Positions 12,576 through 26,560 are shown, counted from the first letter of the stretch. The stretch is 64,000 nt of DNA from Trichosphaerium sp. ATCC 40318 (GCA_038496445.1 JALMLS010000313.1:5039-69038); one strand, 5' to 3'. The notes: generated from the sequence alone by a model not told the origin. Translations and numbers: made by a program.

Positions 12576-12849
12576 GAATTCAGACAATAGTGAACGCATT
12601 GATCAAACTGTTTTCGAAAGGTATGAAAATTAACATTTTTTTTTTATTTCATTTTCCGTTACTACACTACTACACCACGCACATACCAAACTCGAATTCG
12701 CGTGTAAATAATCCAAAAAAATCATCAATAACGCGTAAATATGTCGTGGCTATCGTGCAGGAGGGTTTTAGAAGAAATTCGCAAAAACCACAATTAAATT
12801 TTGATCAAAATAGTGATCAATAAAAGGATTTTAAATCGATTTTGTTAGT

Positions 12850-13090
12850 GGGGGCGTTAAACTGGGTGTTCGCAGTGGTACAAATACGTCCTCTCAAGAG
12901 TGCCCTGTTTCACCAGGGGTAGCAGGATACACGCGTCGAACGCCCGTAAGTATATTAACAATCTGCTTGCAAATGACCGGTTGACGATACCTCGCGTGCT
13001 AGATTGGAAAACAGTGCGTGAATAAGGCCATGGGTGTCTTGTCTAGAGCTAGTGGTGGCCCGTAGCTCTAAGGTCGAAAGACAATTTTTG
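12850..13090 (+). ncRNA. Candidate structured ncRNA (241 nt), family unassigned
   Basis: GC-rich island with nested stems GGGCGTT/AACGCCC, CCCTG/CAGGG, AGAGCTA/TAGCTCT, TTGTCT/AGACAA or GTC-GAAA-GAC; ends AATTTTTG. Confidence 0.4.
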
Positions 13091-14025
13091 CATCTATTTT
13101 ATTTTTCGTGTGAGTGGGTGAGTTGAGTTGAGTTGGGGTTGTAGTTTAAATAAAGGCTTTGTTTTTGGCTTTTTACCGTACGTTGGTTGACCTTACTTCC
13201 AAGCCGCAGTTTTGGTTACGCAGAGGTGGTGAACTAAAAATAAAAAGGGTGGAGTTTCGAAAACGAAACGGTACCTTTCGTTGGCTTACCCCAACACAGC
13301 CTACTTGCGAGCGATAGTATTATATGGGGCAATCACACGTTCTGCTCCAACAGTTCCAAACTAAGAAGTGCTTTGAGAGGCAAGGCATGATGAGAAATAC
13401 GTTTACAAAGGCATGTAGTGAGCAAAAGCGTACCCCTATCCCCTCCTCTGTTCGCCATAAAGTCGTTTCCAGCATACGAGAGATTTAAGCTAAAAGTGTT
13501 CTTTTACCTCCTCAGTTTCTCTCTCGCCAGTTTTTAACGCAAGCTAACCTCCTACCTCTACGCAGTGCGAGTAAGATAAGAAAAAAAAAGTAGCTGGGTC
13601 GTAAAATAGGTTTCTCAAAAAGAAAAATGGCTTCTGAAACGCACCAAACTACAAGCCTGCCAGTGCTATGAAATACTATCTTCATCGCGATTTGTAAGGA
13701 AAGAAGGACTCTGCCATCGAAAAACTAACGGTCTAGCAACCGATTACACTAGAAGATGCTAATTAAACACACGCCACGGCCGTTCGCGTTTGTGGGTTTT
13801 ACCACTGAATATTTTTTTAGATTGGTAAAAGAACGAACGAACGAACAGACAACGTCCATACTCCTGCAATCGAGAGTAGCTTGGACCTCTCAGACTGTTT
13901 GGAAAAGCTGGGCTTGCTTACGACGATAACTTAAGCTTAGTTTTTTTCGCTTCGTTTATCTTAACTTCGATAAATCAACCAACGCGTCTCAAGACTTTAC
14001 CCCCTTCTCTCACAAAATACGAACT

Positions 14026-14624
14026 ATGAGCACCAACAGCAGGTGCGGCTTCATAAAATTCCATTCTTTTACTTTTTGTGTAGAGCGAATCTCAGTCAAG
14101 ACGAGACCTCCAGCATCATTAAGAATGCGACTAAGGAAGAGATAGAGTACGTGTTTTTTGACAAATTCTACTCTACTCTTTTTTTTTTGGGGGTTTTTTG
14201 ATATTAACTTGCGTGCACAGGATGGTAAGAGGACAAAGACCCAGACCCAACCATCGAGTGCTGGTACGAACAACAAAGCTTAACATTATATTGAGTCTTT
14301 GGTTTTTTTTTGTAGAGTCCAGTGGGGAAGGTGCTCGTGTCTGGTAAGAAGCTGGAGGCGATCGCTGTCCACGAGCTTAACCAAAAGTCGGCGAGAGTGT
14401 TACAAACGCGTAGCAACATCACGTTTACAAACCTATCGGATTGGTTGTATTTTCTGCAACACGACCCTCACGCCGCGCGGCTCACGACAGCGATAACTCG
14501 TAAGGTTCTTAATGAGCTCGCTCTGCAACGCAACAACTGTAACCATCCGAATTCAGCTTTTAATCTGGACGTTATGCAGGATTGCGTCGATAAAATAATT
14601 TGTGTCCTAAATCGACAGAAATAA
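14026..14624 (+). CDS. Novel family member B, ~143 aa, 4 exons (MSTNSR-ANLSQDETSSIIKNATKEEIE-MVRGQRPRPNHRVL-SPVGKVLVSG...VLNRQK)
   Basis: GT-AG introns in phases 2,2,0, at the same positions as in member A; last exon = ORF 14322-14624. Confidence 0.8.
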
Positions 14625-15252
14625 ATGGCATTTGTTCTTTTTTTAAAATGGGTTGTGTTTGGCTACTGACAACTTGTCTGTGTTTGTTAACTTCCTTTTC
14701 GCTCAGTTTTGAGTATTTGATGACATGTTTGTATTGTTCACAAAACCAAGTTGTTGTTTGTATTGACAAAAATGTGGACTTCGCCAAAAAGGCACCTCGT
14801 CAAACAAGTAGACTGAACTAAATAGATATTGTTGTGAATAGCCTGCATTATCTCTAGTACCCTCAAGATAGTGAGAATCTCCTTCAAAGACCACATGTGC
14901 AGCGTTGAATGAGACAACAAATTGTGTAAAAGACGTACGTGGTAAAGTTTGTTTATTGGGACCTAGAGAAAAAAGTACAGCCTCTTTGCACAAGGTTGAA
15001 CGAATTTCTATGATATGTGTATAATGCGTGTTTATTTATTTTGTTTATTGGGTCCTTCTTTTCAAGTGGTGGAGGTATTTCCTCTCCATCACGCTTACAT
15101 TTTTACAAGTATTTTTTTTTTTGATAACAATAAATAATTTTTCATTTTAAAAGTGTTAAAAGTACAAGACGTTGTGTTGAAAAACACACTCAATTATGAT
15201 TGGTACACTCTTGTGTTCGCTACGAGAGAGTTAGAGTGATTGAAAATAAGAA

Positions 15253-16582
15253 CTAACATGATGTACCTATAGCTTGAACGTCATGGGCGCGGTCTGGGTC
15301 AATTAAAGACACGAGAGCCGAACAATGACCAAGTAGATCTTGGTGACTTTTACGTCGGCTGTGGAGTATGTCTCCTCGATCCTGCGCTATGCGGTGTAAG
15401 AGGTCTTTGGCCCTTACTGTGCTTCTGTTATTTAGCACCAAGTATGCCGCCAGAACCTTCCACACGCGCTTGTTGTAGAACAACTCATGATGCCACCCAC
15501 AAAAGTCTAAGCCACAGAGCAATGGCAACCCTTCTGGTAAGTGCTCATGCAAGCACATTACCGCTGCAAGACAGACTTGACAGACCTCTTGCATTAGGTA
15601 GTTATACCTATCCCAGAAGTCATTGTCAAAATTGACTTCTTTGTAATACTCCTCATCGAGGAGATCGCCGTGTTTTTCATTAAACCTAATGGTGCGTGAG
15701 TACGTTGTGCAAGAGTGGAAAAACAAAACCTGGGAGAGATGTTCTGAAATTAGCGAGTTGGCAAAAACGGCCTTATTTCGCAAAAAAAGTATAAAAACTA
15801 CGTTTATTTCCATGCGGACCGCTTTTTGTGAGCCACGTTTCATGAAAGAAAGAAATTCGTGATTTTGTGTGAAAAAGAAAATAAAAAATTTCATAACCCA
15901 GCAAAGAGGGCATCAAAGAAAAGGTGCGTACCGATTTTCATCGCGGAAAATGTAGTGAACCTTGTGACCTTAACACAACCCACATTAGCTTTGAGAAAAA
16001 AAAAAAAGGCAAAAAAAAAAAAACTAAACGTACACGGCAAAGCCCAATAGTTTTGTTCGCGGGCCATTACTTCAAGATTGTAGAGGAGAATATTACCGGC
16101 TCTATGAGCTTCAAGGTCAGGGCACTTGACCTTTCCGAACCAGCTCTTTAGGGTCACGAACTGATCTTCGATGAGTGTTGGCTTATTCATGAACTTGATG
16201 CATAATTTCCATTTATCAGTGTCCAGCCATTGCTTCAATGATAATACCCTTACTTCAGGGACTTTGTAAGGGTGAGCACGTCCCAGCGTTCTGTCAACTA
16301 TGACAGTCAAGTATTTTGCAATCTCCGAGAAGTTAGAGATATGAAATCTAAGCGCAATTAGTGTGGTATTTTTAAAACAATTAAAAAACACAGCAAAATT
16401 AAATTCTTTAAAAGCGTACACTATGGTCAACCGACGCCGTTTGGGTGGTCTGTAGCTTGTGAGACTGCTACTTTTACGTTTGCATGTCTAAAGGCGGTGT
16501 CATTGCCAATACTAATATTGAGTATGTAACTACGTACGTGTCGGTTTGAACGCTGGGCGTGACAATTATCACGAGTGGTCAT
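15253..16582 (-). CDS. Uncharacterised multi-exon protein with an N-terminal NLS-like PPKRRRL
   Basis: MTTRDNCHAQRSNRH|TCKRKSSSLTSYRPPKRRRLTIV|FHISNFSEIAKYL...; two long coding exons retained in both duplication arms; splicing of the last exon uncertain. Confidence 0.65.
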
Positions 16583-16812
16583 GTTAGAGGAGCTTGAAAA
16601 AATTGAAGAAATTTAACTTTTTTTCGAAATCTAAATGTAGGTCTGACATGTCCAAAAATAACTCGCCATTTTCAGGTGTCAAAAGCAAGCGTTGAAATGG
16701 CATTCTCCGTGTAAAATAAAACATGTCAACTAAAATAGCATTTATTTTTTTTGTCAAAATGAGAATTTATAGAATGGCAGTTTGTTTATCATGTAAGCTG
16801 TAGTGCGTTTTT

Positions 16813-17809
<997 letters not shown>

Positions 17810-19427
17810 GGTTAGGTATTCGTGTATTTATTGCTGTCTCAGTTCTAAAAAAAACTACCCGTGCTGATTTTAACTAACTCCCTCGTACGTGTAGCAATTT
17901 TTAAGTCACATTACGCATTTCAAATAAAGTCGCTCAAATTTCAACCACCTTTCAATCGTTTGGATATCTACTCTACTTTCGCTATCATGTTACGTGCGGG
18001 GGACTGGTACTTTCCTCGTTAGACAAAGCGAAGGTTTGGTCTAAAATCTAGTTTCAAAACAACTTGTCGTATGGACAACTTAGTGTGTTGAATAGTTGCC
18101 ATGAGCCCAGTGTACAATGGTTGAAAACGCGGTAAATCAGCCACCGGAAGCACTTGTGGATGCAGTTCCATTGTTGGAGAATAGCCTTGTTGCCGTCAAA
18201 AACGAACAAAAAGATTGTGGTACATTCTTTATTAGTATAATTTGTTTGTTGTAATCACTGTAGAAAAGAAGTTGTCGCGGGTAACCAAGATGGTCTGAAA
18301 CCATTACTTAGCCATTTGGGCGCGTACACACGCGCTTTTTTTACGCACCTATCAAAAAAAAATTCGGAATTACTTCGCTCGTACGTGGTTACTATGCAAA
18401 ACTACCAACATATGATGTAAAAAATGATTGTCAACACTATGTTGTCGTTGCTGATATTTGTGCCTGCCAATGTGATGGCTTCATTTAGTCGACATAACAG
18501 ACGGTTTGCAGTGTTAAACAATGTGGGCCTATATAGCTACAATGCTGTTCATACCTTAAATTCTACGCAATAAACATCACCGTTGTATAAATATGTCCTA
18601 GTGGCGTAGATTACGCTAATTGAGTATATTAACCTGCTACCACTGTCTTTCCTGCCGAAAAGTAAACGTGTGTACCGCGTAATAGTATCAGCGTCATCCA
18701 GCGGCATCAGTAAGTCGTTAGGAGGAACTGTGTGGAAGTAATTTTAGCCAGTCGAAAGACTTGTGTGGACCAGATTGCTAGTATCTTCAATACACTTACA
18801 CTAAGCTAAAAAATGTTGGTAGAGCTCCTAAATAATGGTAAGGTTCACCTTCATTATCTTGACGCTTTTTAAATTAAAATCACGTGATAAACACGTGCGA
18901 AATATTTTTCGAAAGGTATTTTGTTTGCAGACTACCTCACTGTAATGCCCCTCATTTCGGAATCAGAATGATGTGGTGGTGTGCTATCATTGTTGTGGTG
19001 CACTACGTGTAGAAAGTTATGGTACAAGGAAATCTACTGTAGAAGTTGCTCATCCTATGCTTCAATCTTGTAATACTAAGAAGGCAAAAGCAAATATTAA
19101 ACTAAAGCAGCGATTGTATTGATCCGCTCACATAGCTCTTTACGCGTAGAATAGGTCACCGCAACTATACGATCTCAGTGTCGTAAAACGTTCAAGTGAT
19201 GCTTTTATTGTTTCTCAGCTTTCTCAGCATACAGCTATCTTTTTCATAGCCTTTGGTGCTTTTAACGCACTCAAAACGAATGGTACGTTGCGTACTCGAA
19301 CAGGACCAACAGCTGGTGTGTACTAAAATGTCGATAAAAAAGTCGAAAAAAATGTCAAAGTGATATTGAACTGTTCGCCACAAAGGGAGACAACTGGGTT
19401 ATGGCGCTCAGTCGCCGCTAGGCTCTG

Positions 19428-19457
19428 CCCCCCCAAACCCCCCCTAAAAGGGGGGGC
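19428..19457. other. C7-AAA-C7-TAAAA-G7 hairpin / G-run element
   Basis: cccccccaaaccccccctaaaaggggggg read directly in an AT-rich intergenic region. Confidence 0.6.
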
Positions 19458-20037
19458 TTTCTAAATAGTTCCTATGGCATAATATAGATAATTAGTGTGC
19501 CGAATTTTCGACTTTTTTTTGACAAAGTTCTACATAATTGGGTTTCCCCAACAGCTATCGCATTGTGGACGCAAAATGTAGACGTTTAATTGTTCAACAT
19601 GCTCGTACACTTGCCTTCAACTGAAGACAGTTGAGCTTTCCTTTGAATATTGCTGGTAGTTGGCCAAAATACAAACCTCAGGTACAATCACTAAAAGGTA
19701 TGGCGTTGCACGAATTCATCTACAATAATTACTTCAGTGGCTAACGTAGATTCAAGCCGGTGGGCACAAAAAACACATAATTTTACGCGTATAGAACACG
19801 ATTTTGGCTCAATTAGTTTTACAATGTTTGACGTTTCTTAACGCGCTACCTATTTGGGGTAATATATTTTACTCAGCCTTTCGTAGCGTATAGCGCGTAT
19901 TCGTGACAGTGTCACTGGTGTACGTCTGCGTTCTCGTTTGACCTGTTGAGACTAAAAATAAAAACCAAAGTTCATAATTCTTCAGTGCCTCAACCGTTAC
20001 CTCAAAAGCAGTTGATAATATTATTTTAATCCCAAGC

Positions 20038-20642
20038 ATGTCTGAACAATCTACTAGTCCATCTAGATCTTATAAGTACGCTTGCGAGCGCACCGTTTGT
20101 TTTTTTGTTTTTTAATGAATTTGTCTTAGCTATGCTCATATTAAAAGGGAGTGGTATCACCACCCTGACCCTTCGTTCTTCAGGGTCAAGCTAACTGAGG
20201 CCGATATTGAGTGCGTCGAGGTTTCTTTTCCTTGACATTAACTTAAACCCACTGTAGAAGGATAAGAAGGATAGAGATAAAGCCTCAACGAATTTTCGTA
20301 CGTTTGGCACTCAATTTATTTCAACCGCTGAACTTTTTTTAGCACCAAGAATCAGAAGATGCAAAAAATGCCTCCAAGAGGTTGCTGGAGGCCATTAACC
20401 TCACCAGCAGTAAGCTGGCCAAAAAAATGGTTTGCGAACCATTAAAGTTTAGATCACTTTCACACTGCCTTGACTGCTTAGAGGCGCAAGGGTGTGTACT
20501 AGCCAGGCGCCTGGACAAGATTATTTGTCCTGTCGCTTTTATGGCTGTCGTGGCGGGTGAACGCGTGTATGGTACTCTGATAGTTTGCAGAGACGCACAA
20601 ACAATTATAAGTGCTCTTGCTGAGGCGTGTAACGCAGAATAA
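20038..20642 (+). CDS. Novel family member C (divergent), ~152 aa, 4 exons
   Basis: MSEQSTSPSRSYN-YAHIKREWYHHPDPSFFRVKLTEADIE-RIRRIEIKPQRIF-HQESEDAKNASKRLLEAINLTSSKL...; intron phases 2,2,0 as in members A and B. Confidence 0.7.
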
Positions 20643-20951
20643 AATGTAGTTGTTGTTTGTTTCAAAAATAAAATTGCAGCCTATTCACTCAACAAACAAC
20701 ACGATTGGTCTATCTTCCATTCGTTACCATTAACCCGTGCACTATGTCGTAGGTATTTGAACTTTGACATTACCGTCAAAAAATAGATTTAACCGACAAG
20801 CAACCCATAACAGTTTTGAGTTGAAATTACGCACGTGATGTGTCAGAGAGCGTTTAATAGTTTTCAGTCCTTCAAAATTACTTTACGCGTAGTGGCACAA
20901 GTTGTTGCTCAGACTTAATTCTTAGGCCTTCCTTAAGAGTACTACGTTGCG

Positions 20952-22155
20952 ATGTCAGCGCTACCACTACATATGGATTTTAACAGTGGGCTTGGCTCCT
21001 CTGATAATCCTGTATGGCGTCGCACATGGAATTATCTACGTCGTGTATTATATTACCCCCAAATGGATCTGGAGTACACATTATGGCAAATGATCTACCT
21101 TTGCATCTCCCCTAAACAAGTGTACGCTTTTTCATCTAAACGGCCTTATTTAATGGTTTTTAGGTACAAAACTACAAAATACCATAAACGTAAGCGCTTT
21201 TAGAAGGTTTTTGCGTACTCATGCTGGTAGAAACAAAAAATCAATGGGCCAGAGACGACCCAGGCTTTATATGTGTGCAAGTGTATTTTTTAATCGTTTC
21301 TACGATAGCTTGGTGTATAATGATGCGTGCGTTTGCTTGACGTTGCCTGGACTGGCTCTAAACGAACGTAGGCGTATCATTTATGCGCGGATTGTTCATA
21401 ACGCTCAGTGTTGTGTTTGGTGATTATTTACTCTTCGGCGCTATTATTGCCACCATTGGATGGTACGAGAGCGTACTGAAATGTAACTGTCAAGCTTGTC
21501 ATTTCTTTTTGTTGTTTTTTGCCAGCACAAGCAAACACCTCTTACAAAAATCCTGATTTTAATATCATGAGTTATTAAATTGTGTAGGTTTATTGCAAAC
21601 AAATACATGCGTGTATCAGGTTTACATTCAGTGGAGCAGGTAAATTTTCAGTTTATGAAATTTCACAACAGTTCTACTGCGTTGCATGAACCGTATCAAG
21701 TTAATTTATACGAATCATGTACCTATAATATTCTTACTAACATACACATACTAGGATGTGGAATGGCTCTATGCTTTTGATGTTCACTGTAATGCTTTCT
21801 TTCCACTTTTTCTAATATGTCACGTGGTTCAATTTTTTCTCATTTACTTCTTGCTTGGCAATGGCATATTTGTTACCTTCTTATCGGATACACTATATCT
21901 TGCAGCGTTTAGTTGTTATTTTTACATTACATTCAGTGGATACACAGGTGCGTGATTCGCTGTTTTGGTTGCCAACAAATTTATACATGGTTTTTATTTT
22001 GGTTTACTTGTCATTAACCCGTAATAGTACTGCCCTTTTTGCACAAGACTGAATGGTTCTTATATCCTATTGGATTTATGTTCTTATTCTATATCACAGC
22101 AATGATATTTGGGCTGAACTTTACTGTGATTTCAATGAACTTGTATTTTGCTTAG
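20952..22155 (+). CDS. UNC50: UNC-50 / Gmh1 Golgi membrane protein
   Basis: QMDLEYTLWQMIYLCISPKQVY, YHKQTKNQWARDDP, VEWLYAFDVHCNAFFP. Confidence 0.95.
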
Positions 22156-22481
22156 ATTTGATTTGAAAAAAAAACCTCAACAGCTCTTGACATGCTTGTA
22201 AAAATTTCATACAGAGTGTTGTGTCTTGCTTGTAAATAATACTATTGCATGCCTGTGCGTTATCGTTTTTTTTTCTGTACATTCAATGACTAAAGCGGTG
22301 TTGTCACACAGAAAAGCAAACCTAACTATTACAGTTACAGTTGTGCTGCACTTTTTTGGCTGTTTACCAACCGCTCGCTGACAGTCGAGTTGGTAGTTTC
22401 TACTTATCCTTCTTTACAGACGATATTTGACTTTTGGTTTAACGCTTAAACCTCAAAAAACGTTGGTGTGTCAAACGCAAA

Positions 22482-25400
22482 ATGTCGGCAGATCCGGCCG
22501 CTAGCCAGCCAACAGTGTTTATTGTTAGTCTTCGCTTGGATGACGGAGATGCTGCAGGTGTAAGCATACTAGGTGCGAAAAAAGAAAACAACAGATTGTT
22601 ATGCTCTTTCTATGCGTTGTTGTTATCTCTTTAACATATAAAACTAGGACCGGCAGATGACTGGGCCAAAGGCGTTAAAATGACAAAGGTTGATGGTGTC
22701 AAATGGCACGCTTCGTGTACCTTGGAGGTAACATGCCACCTTATTTAGTCGTGTTTCTCATGTGATGTCATTTTTTAGAGTACTTTTAACTACAAATACA
22801 AGATATACCGCCCAGGAGATTTAACCGGCGTTGTAGAGGTAATTTTAAGAGTTGAAAATGAACTTGGAAAAGTCTGCTTCCTGAAAAAACAAACAGAAAA
22901 AATCTCATTTCTTTATTGTGTTTACATAACGGCAGTGTTAGTGGTCAATCCAAATTTACTGTTTTTTGTACGAAATAGACTCAACGTATCCAATCAATCA
23001 AAATTCACTCGTTTTTGAAACGAATCTTGCCACTTTTTGTTACGACTCAACTAAATATATTATACATGTTAGGTATGTCCTGTACGTCGTTGTGATACAT
23101 TGGGAAAGACGTATATAGATCAATGGGATTATCCGTCTCTCACAAAGGTTCAAGTGCGTTTAAACCTTAAAAATATTTGGCATATTTGTGATTAATGTTT
23201 CTAGGATGAACCGCCGCCTGAAATAGCTTCTAAGGTATCTAGTGATGACTTTAAAACAAAAGCAGGAGATTTTGATGATTCCAAAGGATTTGTAGATATT
23301 CCTTCTATTGGTAACCACGTGACACCAACAGTCATTTTTTTAATTTAAAACTAACATTAACAAAAGATATTGGAAATTTTTCGTCAAGTGAAGGTGCGAC
23401 ACATTGATTATTCACCGTTAACGTTGATTTCTTTGTAATCATATATAAAATAGAGAGCGAAGAACCACCTATAACAGGATTGAATGACGAAGACGCAAAA
23501 GTGTTAGAGGAATTCCAAAATCCAGAAACAATTTTCGATGATGATCCCGGTAGTTTAAGGGGTCCTATGAGCCAAGACAAAGTAGATGTTAGTAACACTG
23601 GTAGTAAACCCGGTGAAAATCAAGAGGAGCTTGTTGTCGATCCTAATTACGAGCCGTATGGTACACTACACTCAGAAAACGAAAATTCTTTTTCTCAGAT
23701 ATAAATATCTGCACCACATCTAATATTTTTTGTTATGAAAGGTTCTTCATACGAAGATGTTGAATTGAGGAAAGATACAGATGCAAAACTTGATCCAAAG
23801 CCCAAGAAGGTATGTTGCAAGTTTGGGTTTTGTTTTTTCTCACTTTGTTAATCTCCCTCTCTTAGAATACCTCAAACATAATTATTAATATACTTGACAC
23901 CCATGTTGCAAGTGATACACTTCGTTCGTGGGTTGTTTACACTGTACAGTCTACGGTATGTTGAAACTTGGTGCTTGTTTCGAGTTGTGATTTTTTTGAA
24001 ATTAGTTTATTTCTCCTTCGGAACGTGTTCATGTTGAGCGTCGCTACAGTGACTTTCTATGGCTTCGCGATAGATTGGCTGGAAAGTACAAATACTACAT
24101 TATGCCTCCACTACCACGAAAGGTTCCAGTATCAACAAGTACGTCAAAGTTACAGGAAAAAAGATACAGTATTTCACGTTAATGAAATTAAAGACCACTT
24201 CACGCTCGTATTCAGGCAATATAGAAAGAAGCTGTTACAAATATTTCTCCAACGCATAGCGAATCATAGGGCTTTATCAAAATCAAAAGACTTTAAACGG
24301 TTCTTGCGTGAGCAGGTACGAAAACATCAACAGAGTATTGCAGAATTGACGAAAGAAATTGGGGTTTTTGGTGGAAATTCTCTCGGTGTTTCTTTGGGTG
24401 CTGATTGCTTCCTAATTAGGACTATCAAAAAAACTTAAAGAAGGGTACATGGAAAGAATGGGGTCAAAAAAGCACATCAATATTTATGGCTAAGAGTAAG
24501 GAAGTGGCAAGTAGGCTTCCAAATATTCACAAAGAAGTTGCTGTAACAACTGGTACTAAACCAGTAGAAGATGTACGACTATTGAACGATATCCCTATCA
24601 ATGAGTCTTAGTGTTATATCTCTTACTTAAACATAGGAAGACCCTTGGTTTCAAGCTGTAAGAGAACTTACTGAAGGCGCTGCTGTTTCGTTTCGAAAAG
24701 TGCGAATAGTTTTGGTTTAAGGAATATTTTGAGATAACTTACTGATTGTATTCCTTGTAGTTGTTAGCTGCGTCCCAGATGTTATCTGCAAAAGAAAGAG
24801 GTAAGACGAAAGCTGCATATTCGTAGCAAAAGAACAACTTACTAAGAAAAGAAATTTGTTGTTGATGAAATTAACTCGGTTTTTCAAATAGGGTTCAATA
24901 AAATATTATCTGCTTTGTCTCAAGTAAGCGCAGACTTTTCATCTGTTGAAGTTATGGGTAATAGCAATTCCACATTGTATAAGCCACTAGTCAAGCTATC
25001 TGAAGTAGCAGTAAGACTTAAATTCATACGTTACTTCTAACTTTTTCAAGGGAAGATTGAGCGAGTTAGAAACAAAATTAGCAGAATCTGAACCTCAAAA
25101 ATTTGGAGAAACCGTTGAGGATTTTCTAGGTTACTCCATGGTTGTCAAGGTTTGTACCAAGCGTATAAATGTATTTCCCTTATTTATTCATAATTTATTA
25201 ATAGGCTGCACTACATAAGCGATATGTAATGATGCTTCAATTGCAAGAACAACAAAAAGTTAGAGGAAAAAGAAAAGGAACATTGATTGAAACAAAACTA
25301 GACCAAGAGCGCGTTCTTAATTCAGCTGAAGGATTCTTCGAGGTTAGTACTTTACATTACACCATTGTTACAGAACTAGCTATTTAATCATCTGCATTTA

Positions 25401-25614
25401 GGCTGAGTTTAGTCATTATTCAACGAAACAAAAGTTTGATAGGATAGCTCAAAGAAATAAGCAGTGTATGCAACAATACATTGACTATAAGCACGAAGAC
25501 TTTATTACGGCCATGGTGGATATGGCTGATCTTCATATACTTTGCTCAGAACAACGAATGCTTGCATGGAAGGAACTAGAAGAATCTTTAAACGCAAATC
25601 CACCACCATACTAG
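22482..25614 (+). CDS. PX-BAR sorting nexin (SNX1/Vps5-like) with an N-terminal CBM20-like domain
   Basis: PX: VERRYSDFLWLRDRL...PPLPRK...RKKLLQIFLQRIANHRALSKSKDFKRFL; helical BAR-like C-terminal half ending AWKELEE; N-terminal DWAKGVKMTKVDGVKW...FNYKYKI...DQW. Confidence 0.85.
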
Positions 25615-25649
25615 TTAGAAAATAAAACACGAAAATCCTACCAAGTCGC

Positions 25650-26560
25650 TCACCCATAGCCTAAACTATGAATTTTGTTGTTGCAATATGGATTAAATGC
25701 TTGTTTTAGAGTCCACACGGCGTTTTTGATGCGATAAAAACTCAGTTGTGGTAAATACATTTCAACTTCGTCAATTGATAGCATAATTTTCTTTATTGTA
25801 TGAAACTACTGACCTGGGAAGTCGCAACATGGTATGCCGCAAATGTAAAGGGTTTGCATAGGTGCTGGTCTCCTTTTTCTTTTTCTTCTCCTTGTCTTCT
25901 TTTTTGCCTCTTCAGTTCCGTCTTTTTTATCATTTTTTTTTTCCTCTGACTTTTCGTCTTTGTCAACATCCATAGCATCATCTTTTGTCTCTTTCTCGTT
26001 CTGTTCTTCCTCTTCCTTAGCCTTCTCCGCTGCTTCCGTTAACTCTTTCTCATGCGCTGTATCGTAGCGCTCGGCAATGAAGCCATCAAGTTCCTTGAGA
26101 CACTCGTTGACATCTACTCTTAGAGCATTATATTCCGCGATATCATTTTCTTTGTAGTATTCCTCAAGTGCTTCATCAAGATTCTTTCGAAATATTTGCA
26201 ATGCAATAACGAATATCTCTTCAGATAGAACTCCCTTATGTTCTTTTGCGATATCTACGATCGTATCATAATGAGTACATAACTGATTAAGTGATCCAGT
26301 GAACACAGGGCTTAGAAACTAAGTGCGTTTAGTTTTTTTCAAATTTCGATATGATTGATGGGTAAGTCAAAGTTTCGTTAATCGAGTGAAATTCGATCTC
26401 GTTCAAAAAAATATAACTTGTCAACTCGTGAGTTTAATGTATTGTATTTGAGTACATAGTTTACCTTGTCATCTCCTATGATTGGTTGGTTTATAAAATA
26501 CTTTTCAATTTCACCCATTCTATCAATTATCGAATCACGCGTTGGTATTTCGTCCTCCAT
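25650..26560 (-). CDS. Uncharacterised protein with an acidic/lysine-rich region and basic NLS-like stretch
   Basis: Three plausible exons (ORFs 26378-26560, 25806-26306 and a terminal exon); KKKTRRRKRKRR. Confidence 0.6.

Noticed and set aside
12850-13090. Assignment of the structured island to U1, U4, SRP, tmRNA, RNase P/MRP or telomerase RNA
   Set aside because: Only isolated short motifs match (ATACTTAC on the minus strand, TGCTAGATTGGAAAAC, GGGGGCGTT, AATTTTTG). The required companion elements and a telomere template are absent.
13186-13240. Dictyostelid Class I RNA-like start GTTGACCTTAC
   Set aside because: The motif continues TTCCAA instead of AGCAA and the closing stem is imperfect; probably chance.
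17987-18220. RanBP2-type zinc-finger gene head-to-head with Rab2 (MLRAGDW...)
   Set aside because: The following exon has stops and lacks the full Cys pattern; at best a decayed remnant.
19418-19470. Helitron 3' end
   Set aside because: A hairpin and CTAG/CTAA are present, but the spacing and the required following T do not fit, and no Rep/helicase remnant was seen.
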